This document shows, one piece after another, positions 44,032 to 55,300 of a stretch of DNA of 64,000 nucleotides; the stretch's first letter is position 1; each line of letters begins with the position of its first letter. The notes under the pieces were generated by a model that ran no database searches, was not told the origin of the DNA, and saw only the letters and a list, made by a program, of their open reading frames with translations. Source of the DNA: a virus; the IMG/VR virus record IMGVR_UViG_3300048583_000157, positions 7,168 to 71,167 of that record; one strand, given 5' to 3'. A program made the translations under genes and the position numbers.

Positions 44032-44436
44032 ATGATTAAGAAAACTAGCCTACCTCTGAGCAACAACAATACCAATACGCTACAGAATCGCTTCTCGCGT
44101 TATGTTGCGGGTGGAACTACGGAAGCGGCCAACGAATTCATTGAGTGGTGGGAGCGCTACGAATTCCCTCGCTCATCAACTGACATCGTTTACGCAGTAG
44201 AAAACTTCTATGCAAACCGCCTCGACATGATTGCAGTTGTGTTCTACAAAGAGCCACGCTATTCCTGGTTCCTCGCGCAGTACAACAACATCCTCGATCC
44301 GTTTACTGAAGTTCCAGCTGGTCGACTGCTGCTGATCCCTACGCAAGAGCGCATGCAGCTCATGCTCGGTACAAGAAAGGGCGGCTTCGCTTCTAAGCGC
44401 CAGCCCGTTTCAATCATCTCACCTATCATCACATAA
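44032..44436 (+). CDS. gp53: Baseplate wedge protein, LysM-like
   Basis: RLDMIA..FY.EP..SW..AQYNNILDP...G.LLLIP. Confidence 0.8.
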   Translation: MIKKTSLPLSNNNTNTLQNRFSRYVAGGTTEAANEFIEWWERYEFPRSSTDIVYAVENFYANRLDMIAVVFYKEPRYSWFLAQYNNILDPFTEVPAGRLLLIPTQERMQLMLGTRKGGFASKRQPVSIISPIIT

Positions 44437-46652
44437 TGACAACTACATTCGACGTATCCCAAGTAACAAACAACTACCCAAATCCGCTTGATGATTTTGT
44501 TTCGCACTCTTACCACTTCATTCTGAGTGTAGCAAACACGACCACAGCGTTCGAGGGCATGATCGGGGTTAATGGGACGACTCCTTACCTGTCGAAAGTA
44601 CTGGATGCTAAGCACCCAGGCGCCGAAATTACTTTGCAGAATGGTGAAAAGGCTTGGGTCATCTGTGACACTCGCAGATTTTCTGCGTACCAGATTACCG
44701 ATCTGCAAATGGAGCACATCTACGGAACAGGTAGCCCGCAGAACCCAACCGTTCCGGCCAACGTAACAAGCATGTCGTTGACCGATTCCACTGGCATGTC
44801 GTTCTTCAACATGCTGATTGATCTGTTCCGCAACAAGATCAAGTCGACTCGTGCATCTTGCTTCTTCATGCTGAGCATCGTGTTCACGGGTCATGATGCT
44901 AACGGCGCCACTCGCACTATCTCTACATGCAATATCCCTCTTCTGCTTCTGTCGATGGAATTCAGCCTCGATCACAAGGGCTCAATCTTCGAGCTCATGA
45001 TGATGGAGACGGAGGGCGGCATTAGCAACGGTCATTCCATGGATATTCTCAACTCACTCGGTGACTGTCAATCCATTAAGGGCCCACCAAAAGTTGGTGG
45101 TATGATTCAGGCTCTAGAGACCCAACTTAACACTAAGTCGGTTGACTTCTACCGCTCATACACCAACGATGCAATGGCTCGTGGTGGCAGCAATGATTCT
45201 CTCGGCAAGCTTGTTCAGTACATGATCACCGTTCCCAAAGATTGGGAAGAGTATGAATGCACTACTGCTGCTCGCGCCGATTATGAGGAACAGTTGCATC
45301 TTGCAGTCGCTGCTGAAGAAATTACTCAAGAGCAAGCGGATCAGCAGATTCAAGCACGCAGTGAAGACTTAACAATTGTTAGTTCTCCAAGCGAGACACA
45401 GATGTCGTTCTCGAGCACAACGAGCATTACAGATGCTATCAAGTTAATTCTTGAATCTTCGGTTGACGTATTGAAGTTGGCGGGCGAACAGCGTCGCATT
45501 GACGGTAAGTGCGAAGTCTTTAAGACTATCGTAAATGTCACGAGTGACACGTCCACATACGTGGTGCACATTGACATCTTCCCATATAAGTATCCGAAGC
45601 TAGATGAGCCCGATGTAAATCCTCGGGGCGCACAGGGCGCTGAGGGTGGTACTCAGCTACAACCCGATACCTCGAACATAGTCAGCAACTCGACAATCGT
45701 TCGCAATTTGATGACGTACAACTACATGTTCACCGGTAAGAACTCACACATCCTCGATTTGAAGATTAAGTATCTGCCGGCTTCTGCGATCGCGCTTGAC
45801 ATGACTGTTGACATTGGTCAGAATCGTTTTGCTTCTAATGCTGCACATGGACAGACCCGCCAGGGTGCGCTTGATGCTGCTGAGGATGGTAAGAAGACTC
45901 GCACTACTTCATTCTCGCCAGACATTCGTCCAGGTGATCCAATCTTCTTCCCACCAAAGTCTAAAGACCAAGCGCAGAACGCAAACAGTCAGCACGTTGA
46001 ATCCATTCCAAAAGATCAGGCTCTTGCCACGTTTAAAGCAAAGCAAGAGTACACTCAATCTATGGCGACTATGCACTTCTTGAGCTCGCTCAATATGAAC
46101 GTAGTCATTCGAGGCAACCCAAATCTGCTAATGAAGTACGCAGACAGAGGAGCTAGAGGTGGTATGGCGCCGCACCCAGCCTTTGTAGGTCCATCCGAAA
46201 TCGATAAGATCAAGTCCGCAGTGTCGACTCCAAATAGCAGCATTTTCTCGCAAGTTGTTGAGCAGAGAATTGGAGATGCTAAGAAACAATACATCTTGGA
46301 TTACATTACTCCGCGAGTCAGTAGAACGGTAAATGCTTCTAGCGATGGCGATCCTCTTCTTTCAGGCCCAGACGTTTCCGTCGAGCCAGTGTTCTGTAAG
46401 TTGAACATCCTCGCGCCAAATATCGACTACGTGACGGGCGACTTCTCAACAGCCACAGACCCAACTACTGGTAAGCAGGAATCTCCATACACGGATAAGT
46501 TCTTCTACAACGGAGCTTACCTAGTTCTCATGATGCGCACCTCATTTGAGAATGGTACGTTCACGCACGACCTATCAATGATTCCATACGACATATCCGG
46601 TACTGGCGATATCCTCGGTCAGAACCCAACGGCGCCAAGCAACTCAGGATAA
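44436..46652 (+). CDS. Baseplate hub protein (gp27-like)
   Basis: NPLD.F.S.SYHF.L start, YNY.FTGKN..ILD, IRGNP, Y.G.Y.V.....F.NG.FT; sits between gp53 and gp5. Confidence 0.65.
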   Translation: MTTTFDVSQVTNNYPNPLDDFVSHSYHFILSVANTTTAFEGMIGVNGTTPYLSKVLDAKHPGAEITLQNGEKAWVICDTRRFSAYQITDLQMEHIYGTGSPQNPTVPANVTSMSLTDSTGMSFFNMLIDLFRNKIKSTRASCFFMLSIVFTGHDANGATRTISTCNIPLLLLSMEFSLDHKGSIFELMMMETEGGISNGHSMDILNSLGDCQSIKGPPKVGGMIQALETQLNTKSVDFYRSYTNDAMARGGSNDSLGKLVQYMITVPKDWEEYECTTAARADYEEQLHLAVAAEEITQEQADQQIQARSEDLTIVSSPSETQMSFSSTTSITDAIKLILESSVDVLKLAGEQRRIDGKCEVFKTIVNVTSDTSTYVVHIDIFPYKYPKLDEPDVNPRGAQGAEGGTQLQPDTSNIVSNSTIVRNLMTYNYMFTGKNSHILDLKIKYLPASAIALDMTVDIGQNRFASNAAHGQTRQGALDAAEDGKKTRTTSFSPDIRPGDPIFFPPKSKDQAQNANSQHVESIPKDQALATFKAKQEYTQSMATMHFLSSLNMNVVIRGNPNLLMKYADRGARGGMAPHPAFVGPSEIDKIKSAVSTPNSSIFSQVVEQRIGDAKKQYILDYITPRVSRTVNASSDGDPLLSGPDVSVEPVFCKLNILAPNIDYVTGDFSTATDPTTGKQESPYTDKFFYNGAYLVLMMRTSFENGTFTHDLSMIPYDISGTGDILGQNPTAPSNSG

Positions 46653-46654
46653 TC

Positions 46655-47995
46655 ATGCTAGAATTTAACCCACATCAATCCTTCGGTGACCACTTCAAGG
46701 ATGCTATCCCCTTCATCATGGAAGGGCAGGTAGTAGATACCGCTGACCCGGATCAGATGGGTCGATGCCGTGTTTGGGTTCCGGCTCTAGACGGTGAAGC
46801 GTACGACATCAACCAGATTCCATGGGCAGACTATGCATCGCCATTCATGGGGTTCACGGTTGAATATCCAGGCGGCGCTGCCCAGACCGAAAACAAATCG
46901 CACTCCGCTTTTGGCATGTGGGCCATCCCAAAAATAGGTGGCACCGTACTGGTGTTCTTCCTTAACGGAAACCCATCAAGCAGATTCTATTTTGCGTCTA
47001 CTGCACGTCTTCACCGTAATCGCTCTCTTCCAGCAGGTCGCAACACAGACTTCTTTGGTAGAATAGGTCCATGGGGAGATGCGGGTGATGGACAGGGTAA
47101 CCTAAACCCGATTCAGCCAGCGTATGACAACCTTCGCACGCAGTTCCAGAACCAAGTGGAGGCATCTGAAGCTCAGACACGTGGTGCTTACGAACGTCAA
47201 GTCGCTCAACCAAAGAGAGACAAGGATGGCACTGAAGGTTACTCGCCTAATGCCGCCGACCCTTCGTACCTTGACCCGCAGACCTACTGCATCGTAACCC
47301 CCGGTCGCAATGCGATCATCATGCAAGACGATCCGAAGTTTGCTCGTACTCGCATCAAGACTGCTGAGGGTAACCAGATCATCCTCGACGATGCCAACGA
47401 GCGCATCTACGTTTCGACTGCAAAGGGCAATAGCTGGTTCGAAATGGACCAGGACGGCCATGTTCAGGTATTTGGTGCGCAGTCTCTCAGCTTCAGAGCT
47501 GGCAAGGACATCAACTTCTTTGCTGACGGCAACATCAACATGGAAGCAAACCTCGGCGTCAACGTGAAGGCCAATGGAGCAGACATCAGAATGTCGGCAT
47601 CTGGTAGCATTCACTCTAAGGCCGGTGGAAGCATCCTCCAGTCTGCATGCGACATCTTCGATATGAGCAGCGAGACTAGCATGAAGCTTACCGCTCTCGA
47701 ATCGATTGACGTCCACGCTAAGACTACGCTCAAAGCTTCTGCTGACTCTTCAATGGATCTAAAGACTGGCGGCAAGCTGATGGCGCAAGGCGCATCGATG
47801 GGGTTGAATGGTGGTAGCAGCCTTAAGGCAAGCGCAGGTCGAATTGATCTGAATGGACCGGGTGCTGGCAGTGCAACTGCTGCAACAGATGCTTCATGCG
47901 CAGAGGCAGCAGAGTCTCCAGCTATCGTACCAGGGTTTGAGCCGTGGACTCGTCCAGAGTCTACAACGGGTCGTAACCCGCACTGGAAGCCTTAA
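46655..47995 (+). CDS. gp5: Baseplate central spike (gp5/VgrG-like), no lysozyme domain seen
   Basis: OB fold G.VVD..DP..MGR.RVW.P, FGMWAIP.IG..VLV.F; beta-helix repeats; IDLN; EPW. Confidence 0.85.
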   Translation: MLEFNPHQSFGDHFKDAIPFIMEGQVVDTADPDQMGRCRVWVPALDGEAYDINQIPWADYASPFMGFTVEYPGGAAQTENKSHSAFGMWAIPKIGGTVLVFFLNGNPSSRFYFASTARLHRNRSLPAGRNTDFFGRIGPWGDAGDGQGNLNPIQPAYDNLRTQFQNQVEASEAQTRGAYERQVAQPKRDKDGTEGYSPNAADPSYLDPQTYCIVTPGRNAIIMQDDPKFARTRIKTAEGNQIILDDANERIYVSTAKGNSWFEMDQDGHVQVFGAQSLSFRAGKDINFFADGNINMEANLGVNVKANGADIRMSASGSIHSKAGGSILQSACDIFDMSSETSMKLTALESIDVHAKTTLKASADSSMDLKTGGKLMAQGASMGLNGGSSLKASAGRIDLNGPGAGSATAATDASCAEAAESPAIVPGFEPWTRPESTTGRNPHWKP

Positions 47996-48016
47996 TTCCA
48001 GCAGACCCCAAATCGG

Positions 48017-48023
48017 ATAAATA
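48017..48023 (+). promoter_or_regulatory. Late promoter (gp25-gp6)
   Basis: ATAAATA whose core sits in the loop of a 6-bp inverted repeat. Confidence 0.8.
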
Positions 48024-48046
48024 CTCCGATCTAAGAGAGGCGACAA

Positions 48047-48418
48047 ATGGCCAAGGCTATCTACAAAGGTTTTTCAACGGCGAACTGGATAAAGAATAAG
48101 ACCTTTGTCCTCACGAACGTTGACTTGGTGAAGCAAGACCTTCTCAACCACATCTATACCATTCAGGGCGAAAGAGTCTACATGCCTTCTTTCGGCACCA
48201 GAATTCCTCTGATGACGTTCGAACCAAACGATGAAAAGACTCGCTTGATCATTGAGAGCGACCTTAAGACGGTCTTCGAATACGATCCAAGAGTCAAGCT
48301 TCTATCATTGAGCGTTGTGAGCCTGCCAGACAACAATGCGGTACTTGCGCTCGCTGATCTCCTGTACGTTGAATTCAACGTGACAGACACCCTACGAATC
48401 GAAGTTAAATCTCAGTAA
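48047..48418 (+). CDS. gp25: Baseplate wedge subunit
   Basis: DLVKQDLLNHI.T..GERV.MP.FGT.I...FEP...YDPRV. Confidence 0.9.
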   Translation: MAKAIYKGFSTANWIKNKTFVLTNVDLVKQDLLNHIYTIQGERVYMPSFGTRIPLMTFEPNDEKTRLIIESDLKTVFEYDPRVKLLSLSVVSLPDNNAVLALADLLYVEFNVTDTLRIEVKSQ

Positions 48419-48427
48419 GAGTAGCCA

Positions 48428-51400
48428 ATGACAATCATAAACACCTACGCTGCGGAATCTTGGGACAAAGTTTATACTGCTTTCCAGCAGATCAATTTCA
48501 CGTCTTACGACTACGACACCGTCAAAGAGTCGCTGCTACAGTACCTGCAGATTTACCATGCAGAGGACTACAACGACTTCATTGAAAGCTCCGAGCTCGT
48601 AGCGATCTTGGAACTCTTCGCCTATGCGGCAGAGCTTATGGCTTACCGCACAGACGCAGTAGCCCATGAAAACTTCATATCGACTGCACAGCGCAAGCAG
48701 TCGGTGCTGCGTCTTGCTAAGTTGATTTCGTACTCGGCATCTCGAAACATTCCAGCTCGTGGCTTGGTAAAGCTGAATTCGATTCGCACAGCCGAATCTG
48801 TATTCGACTCGCTCGGCAACAACCTCGCCAACCAGACGATTACCTGGAACGATCCCAACAATTCCAATTGGAAGGAACAGTTCTTCCTCGTCATGAACCT
48901 CGTTCTGACGACGCGTTTTGGTCAGCCATCGAAGTCATTCCAGGCTGGCGATGTTCTAATGCAGCTCTACACTCTCAACAACTCTGCTAGCTCGTTCCGT
49001 AACGGCGTCTTTGCGTTCTCGGCTTCGGGATCAACTGACACAGTTAACATGGAAGCAGTGCCAGTAGACATCGATGAGAACGGTCCGTTCGAGCGTGCAC
49101 CAGATGTTAACTCGCAGTTCAATATCGTCTATGCATCTGATGGACGTGGTGATGGTTCTGACTATACCGGCTTCCTAATGTTCGTGAAGCAGGGTAACCT
49201 CATCGTTACGAACTACGAGATCGTAGAACCAATCGCAAACCGCCGTCTCACTCTAAACCAGACCAATGTCAACGACACCGACGTTTGGGTCTATCAAGTT
49301 GACGACAACGGTGTAATCACTCAGCGCTGGGAAGCAGTGCCACGTCTTGTTGATCAGACGCTCTCCTTCAACAACGTCGACACCAAGTTCAAATACGAAG
49401 TCGAGTCGCTGGAGAACGATCAGATCGCTCTCATCTTCGGTGATGGCAACTTCAGTGATATTCCAGTGGGACGCTTCCAGCTTTGGACTCGTGTCTCCGT
49501 TAACCAGGAACTTTCGATCCCAAAGAATCGAATCTCTGGTCAGGCAATGTCGTTCACCTACACTAACCAGCAGAACAATTCGTTCTCTTGCTCGATTACA
49601 TTCTCGCTAACGTCTGCTCTTCAGAACAACTCTCCATCTGAAACGATTGAGCACGTTCGTCAAGCTGCTCCTTCGACATACTACGCACAAAACAGAATGG
49701 TCAACGGTCAGGACCTTAACACGTTCATGTTGCGTGACCCAACTATTCTGAAGCTGAGCACGATCAACCGCACATTCGCTGGTCAGCCTAAGTACCTTGA
49801 ATGGAATGACGCCTCTGGCGCATACCAGAACATCAAGCTGTTCGGCGACGATCTCGCGATGGAGCTTATCCCAGACATCAACAGCACTGCAACAACTGCT
49901 TCGTCTAAGGGAATCATCGACACCTACATTGAGCCCGTTCTTTCTTCGAACGGAATCCTCAACACGCTCGTTCACCAGATGTCGTCTGCAACAGACTTCG
50001 TTGATGCGGGTGAAGCTCATCATGCTGGCTACGGAATAATTTCGTACCCTCGCCGCAAGTTCATTGAAGACAACCGCAAAATCTACAAGACTGTAGATGG
50101 CGTCGATGTCTCGCCTTACGGTCAGCAGCTTGACGGCAGCCCACTACAAGTTGGTGATGGTTCGCTTCTTGAGAAGACTGTTATTCAGGGCGCACTCGAT
50201 GGCCGTTGGTACGGTGAACCTCTCTCGACGGTCACAATCAACAACGCAACCCACGGTGTAATCCCAGACCCAATCCTAAATCCAGAAAGCAGTGGTCGTC
50301 TGTACATCAGCGATCTGCCTCGTACGATTGACGGAATCAACACCTATCCGCCAGGCGACACGGGTTCTGGTATTCAGTCCATTCAGCGTCAGCGATACTT
50401 TGGTCTGAAGTTTAACCGCTTCCTTGGCTGCTTCGGTAACGGCAATCTAACCATCGATATCGGTGGGTCCAATGGCATCAATCCTCTCGAGCAATACCAG
50501 GATAGAGCAGAGACCCTGACAGTTGAGATGCTTTCTGATGGCACGACGTTTAGCGTCATTTCGAATCTTCGTGGTCGTCTGCCAAATTACAGCCTAACAC
50601 TTGCGGCCGCCGCATCTAGCCGTCTGTGGTCGGCACAGGCCGATGTTGTCCTACCAGTAGACTTCAGCATTTCTGTTCCTACGATTGCATTCGAAGCTGG
50701 CGATGCATTCATCATTGACATCTGGTACCAAAACCCTGCAGTTGATCCTGCTGGCTGGGGCGCAGTGCTTCGCACCTTCGGTTCAACCAATGCGCCTAAG
50801 GTCAACCTAACTGGCTGGTGGGAACTAATCCCTGACGAAGTCGTAAACGGATCTGAAGACATCGGTGGTCTCGGGCTGTTCAACAGCTATGATGACGGTC
50901 CAGATTCTATTCAGCGTTTGCAGTTCAACCAAAGCTCGGTCGGTGGCTCTTGGATTTTCCTTGTTGCCCGTAAGGATGACGGTAGCGGAAACGTTCAAGA
51001 GTGGACGATCTACAATCGCGACATGAAGATCATTGCGTCTAGCCCGACTACGAAGTTCTGGTACAACCAGGAATCGCAGATCATTGACAATGAGACGCTC
51101 AAGCCACTCTATGACAAGATCAGAATCCTGCGTTCGAACCTAGACGAATACGGAATGCCACTCAAGAAGGCAGAGATTTACGATTGCGTCGGATTCGTGT
51201 ATGATGACAATGGCGAGATCATTCCAAAGTCGCTAGAAATCCTGCCAACCGATACGATCAACTTTACTCAGGCTGGCGATAAGATTCCAGACAACATCCT
51301 GCAGTTCGAAAGCTTTGCGCGTGATGCGTATCGCTACGCGCTCTATAGTGTGTCAAACTCCGCCGCCCCAGTATTCGTTCGCGATATTGCTTGCGGTGAG

Positions 51401-52228
51401 TTCACCTATTCAGACTATGATCAGAGCCCGTACGACATCAACCAGTATGATCGTCGTAAGATCAAAATCACAGCTGAGAACCTGGACTTCGATTTTGAAC
51501 CTGGCAACTTTGTTTCATCTAACGTCGTCGAAGGGTTCAGACTGATTCGTCAGCTCTATGTTCCATCGCCAACGGTAGTTGAGGGTGACCAGCCGGTTTG
51601 CAGTAACATCACTGGCCTCGACTTCATGTGGCAGCACTACACGCCAGATGCCAACTTGATCGATCCTTCGGTATCGAACATCCACGACGCGTACATCCTT
51701 TCGCAGGGCTACTATGCATCGATGATGAACTACGTCCGCGGTATTACGAACATTGAACCTTCGCCACCATCTCCACTTGAGCTACGTACGTCGTATGGCT
51801 ACATGCTCGAGAACAAGATGCTGTCGGACACGATCGTTCTACACCCCGGTAAGGTCAAGCTGCTCTTTGGTGCTCTTGCTGACCAGAAGCTTCGTGCAAA
51901 GTTCAGAGTCGTGCTTGCGCCAACATCGACTATGTCTGCTGAGCGCGTAAAGCAGGAAGTCATCAACGTCGTCAACGCATATTTCACCGTTTCCAATTGG
52001 GACTTCGGTGATACCTTCTATGCCACTGAGCTGCTTTCGCTAATTCACCAGGCGCTGCCAACTCAGATCGCATCTGTTGTCATCGTACCTACGTACTCTG
52101 TTAACTCGTTCGGCTCACTCTTCACCATCAACTCGGGCCTAGATGAGATTCTGCAGTCTTGCGCATCAGTAAGCGACGTTGAAATTGTATCTGCGCTAAC
52201 ACCGACGGTTCTTCGCCAGTCGTTCTAA
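48428..52228 (+). CDS. gp6: Baseplate wedge subunit
   Basis: YDYDT.K..L..YL, FIESSE, ENFI.TA.R..SVLRLA, FGDG.F..IP, E.IE..R..AP..YY.QNRMV, FT..NWDFG.TFY. Confidence 0.9.
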   Translation: MTIINTYAAESWDKVYTAFQQINFTSYDYDTVKESLLQYLQIYHAEDYNDFIESSELVAILELFAYAAELMAYRTDAVAHENFISTAQRKQSVLRLAKLISYSASRNIPARGLVKLNSIRTAESVFDSLGNNLANQTITWNDPNNSNWKEQFFLVMNLVLTTRFGQPSKSFQAGDVLMQLYTLNNSASSFRNGVFAFSASGSTDTVNMEAVPVDIDENGPFERAPDVNSQFNIVYASDGRGDGSDYTGFLMFVKQGNLIVTNYEIVEPIANRRLTLNQTNVNDTDVWVYQVDDNGVITQRWEAVPRLVDQTLSFNNVDTKFKYEVESLENDQIALIFGDGNFSDIPVGRFQLWTRVSVNQELSIPKNRISGQAMSFTYTNQQNNSFSCSITFSLTSALQNNSPSETIEHVRQAAPSTYYAQNRMVNGQDLNTFMLRDPTILKLSTINRTFAGQPKYLEWNDASGAYQNIKLFGDDLAMELIPDINSTATTASSKGIIDTYIEPVLSSNGILNTLVHQMSSATDFVDAGEAHHAGYGIISYPRRKFIEDNRKIYKTVDGVDVSPYGQQLDGSPLQVGDGSLLEKTVIQGALDGRWYGEPLSTVTINNATHGVIPDPILNPESSGRLYISDLPRTIDGINTYPPGDTGSGIQSIQRQRYFGLKFNRFLGCFGNGNLTIDIGGSNGINPLEQYQDRAETLTVEMLSDGTTFSVISNLRGRLPNYSLTLAAAASSRLWSAQADVVLPVDFSISVPTIAFEAGDAFIIDIWYQNPAVDPAGWGAVLRTFGSTNAPKVNLTGWWELIPDEVVNGSEDIGGLGLFNSYDDGPDSIQRLQFNQSSVGGSWIFLVARKDDGSGNVQEWTIYNRDMKIIASSPTTKFWYNQESQIIDNETLKPLYDKIRILRSNLDEYGMPLKKAEIYDCVGFVYDDNGEIIPKSLEILPTDTINFTQAGDKIPDNILQFESFARDAYRYALYSVSNSAAPVFVRDIACGEFTYSDYDQSPYDINQYDRRKIKITAENLDFDFEPGNFVSSNVVEGFRLIRQLYVPSPTVVEGDQPVCSNITGLDFMWQHYTPDANLIDPSVSNIHDAYILSQGYYASMMNYVRGITNIEPSPPSPLELRTSYGYMLENKMLSDTIVLHPGKVKLLFGALADQKLRAKFRVVLAPTSTMSAERVKQEVINVVNAYFTVSNWDFGDTFYATELLSLIHQALPTQIASVVIVPTYSVNSFGSLFTINSGLDEILQSCASVSDVEIVSALTPTVLRQSF

Positions 52229-52264
52229 ACCTGGCAACGTCATTCCGGGGTAAGGGTCCGTTAG

Positions 52265-52271
52265 ATAAATA
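52265..52271 (+). promoter_or_regulatory. Late promoter (large baseplate protein)
   Basis: ATAAATA whose core sits in the loop of a 15-bp inverted repeat. Confidence 0.8.
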
Positions 52272-52320
52272 GTCTGACGGACCCTTATCGTATCAGGCAC
52301 CTGGAAAACACGGCGCACCC

Positions 52321-55300
52321 ATGCAGAATCTCGATTTCAAAAAACTCCTTCCCAACTACTTGAAGAATGAGACTCTTACGAGCCTCATCGACAACCTGTT
52401 CAATCGCTTTGTCTCTCAAGAGAGCAGCGTTTTCGTAGCAGGCACTGTGGGTCTACCACAGCAGGGCCAGTCGGAAATTCAACAGCCTACCCTAGAGCGT
52501 CAGGAGAACGACGTTGTTCCAGGGCTGTACTTTGCTGCTGGTAAGGAGCAGTCGATTTTCACGTTCGAAGACTTCATCAACAAGATGGAAGTGCTCGACG
52601 TAGATCAGGCAACTCTTCGTTCTTGGATGGCAGAGCAGACGTTCAACTATTCGCCGCCGATCAACTACGACAAGTTCATCAACTACGCGAACTATTACTG
52701 GATCGGTAACTTCAGACAGACTGGTCTGATGTCGTGGAATCCGGATAACGAGCGCGAGTACTACGTCATCCAGCAGCCAAAGCCTACGGACACTCTGTCT
52801 AAGATGCCAGTTCGTCTGGCTACTACGCGTAACATCGCGCGTTGGGTCAATGACCGTAAGCAGGAAAAGATCACTGTAACCTTTACGTCTGCGAACACGT
52901 TTGACATTGTCAGCGACATCGACGCAAATGCTCGTGTCAAGGACAACGTTGGTCAGCCGCTCTACCCTATCTCGACTACGCCAAACGAATCTACTCGAGT
53001 TGTCATCGAGTCGCTCAACACGAATTCAAGCCTACGTCCTAGCATCAGCGATCCAGATGCAATTGGATCGTACTATGATGTGATGGAATTCTACATCATC
53101 AACGGCAACGTTGCCTTCTCTGCAGGCGACACCATTGAAGTTGAACTCCTGCACTACACTTCGCAGTCCACGGTCTCGGTCACCGGCTCTTCGCTAGTTG
53201 GTAAGGGTACTGCAAACGGCGCGTCCACCCTTTCTCCTTTCATGTTCATCGACGGCATTCAAGTCCGAATCGGTGATCGAATCCTGGTCGTTGCACAGAC
53301 TGACCCAGCAGAAAACGGACTGTTCATCGTCAGCTCGGGTGGTGAGTGGGTAAGAAGCTTCGATGCAACTCTCAATGGCCACTTCACAGTTGGCCAGAAA
53401 ATCTTCGTTGAAGAGGGCGTCACTAAGGCGGGCCACACCTTCCAGCTTTCCAGCAAATCGATGGGCTCTGACGCCTTCGCTCCGGTTTCTGTAAATCTAA
53501 CATTCGCGGATATTTCTAACACCGACGAATCAGGCATCAACCAGTGGCAGCTTTACAACTACTGGGTACACCGCGATGACCTCGCGCTATACTCGACACT
53601 GGGCATCAACCTCAACAACGTTGAGCAGGCACAGCGCCCAATCATTGAATACAGCAATCAGCTGAAGCTTAACTCTGCAATCAACTCTGTAACCGGAGAC
53701 CCTTGCGATGCGTCTCACGCTGATGCTGTTGAATACACCCAACAGAAGACACGATTCAATCAGCTCCCACAGTTTGATCTGTACCGCTATGATGGCACTC
53801 ATGCAGGCAAGACTTCTGGTATCTGGTTCTACAAAGAGAATCCTCTCTATGAGACTGATCCAGTTCTGCGTCGTCGCGTAGAAACAACTGTCAACACTGA
53901 CTTCGTCTTCGAGCTTGGCATCAAGGATGAAGATGGTCGTCTGCTCTACTTCAGTCAGAACGATAAGCTGGAATCAATTTGGCAGCCAGGCGTCACTGCT
54001 CCAGTTGCAAGTTCCAACTTCTTTACTGGCACCGCGGGCATTCGCACTACGCAGCTACGTCGTCTTAATCTCAGCGCCACAGCAGATACACAGGATTGGA
54101 CGGTAACGCTAATCAGCCCGCTTGTTGGCTCAGTTGTTGGTAGCCGCTCTGGTTACGTTGGTACTATCAACGTAACGCCATTCGCCGGTCCAACAACGTC
54201 CTTTGATGACTTCGATTTGATTCTTGCAGAATCCGGCACAGCAATTCCATTTGCAGCTGGCGACAAGTTCACGTTCAAAATTCAGAACAAGATCATCCCA
54301 AGATACATCAAGGAAGATGACAATGGAATGATCATCAACTATCCACAGGGCGCATTCGATAGTGGGTACGAAGCTGACATGGCTCTAGCAGAGCCAGAAG
54401 GCACATGGCTATCTCCGCTAAGAATGTTCCAGAACATGAATCGCGAAACGCGAGACACTGTGGCATTCGCAGACTTCCTAAATCATGCGCGTTCTGTTCT
54501 TCGTAACCAGCCAGGCTTCACTGGATCGTCGTTTGGTAACAACAACTCGCGCAACATTTCGTTCAATCCTGGTCGTGGTGGACGCATCAGAGAATTTGGA
54601 AGCAACTTCCCACTTCTTTCGTCGATGCTTATCCAGCCAGACATCTCACCAATTTCTATCATTGATTTTGCTGAGCAGCAATACAACGTAGCTCTATCAA
54701 GCATCGATCAGTTCGTTCTGACCGAGCTTGCAGCATGGCTATCGAATGGTGGAACGGTTCCTACTTCAACCATCAACCCGAACGATCCCAATGTAGTAGC
54801 ACTCGTAGCGTACTACGAGCAGCTAAGAGCGCAAGACGTCAATCTTTCGTCTGTCTTCAGTGACACGACGGCCGCAGTTAAGAACTGGCCAGCAACTCTT
54901 CCGATGATCGGTCTTGTTGCTCCGGTTGTTCCTGACATTAAGCTTGACGAAGAGCTAAACCAATACGTCATCGTTCACCATGATGGTCACTACTCGCCGG
55001 TTGCTCTTGCTGATCCACAGTTCAACCAGCAGCTGACGCAGACGATTGTACTTCGCTCTGACGGTACTAGCTCTGCTGGTGTCTTCTTCGAGACTCTACC
55101 GCCTAGCTTCCGCCCATACGCCAATCAGCTGTGGATGCAGCCATCTTCCGGCACGCTGTTCATGTTCGACGTAGAGTACGATACTGAAGAACAGCCAGCA
55201 TCACCAGCTGATGGAGACTACTGGTACCAGCGTTCAACCAACACCCTATTCCAGTGGGAAGTTTCAGGCTTCTCGTGGGTAGACACTGGCAATCCGCTTC

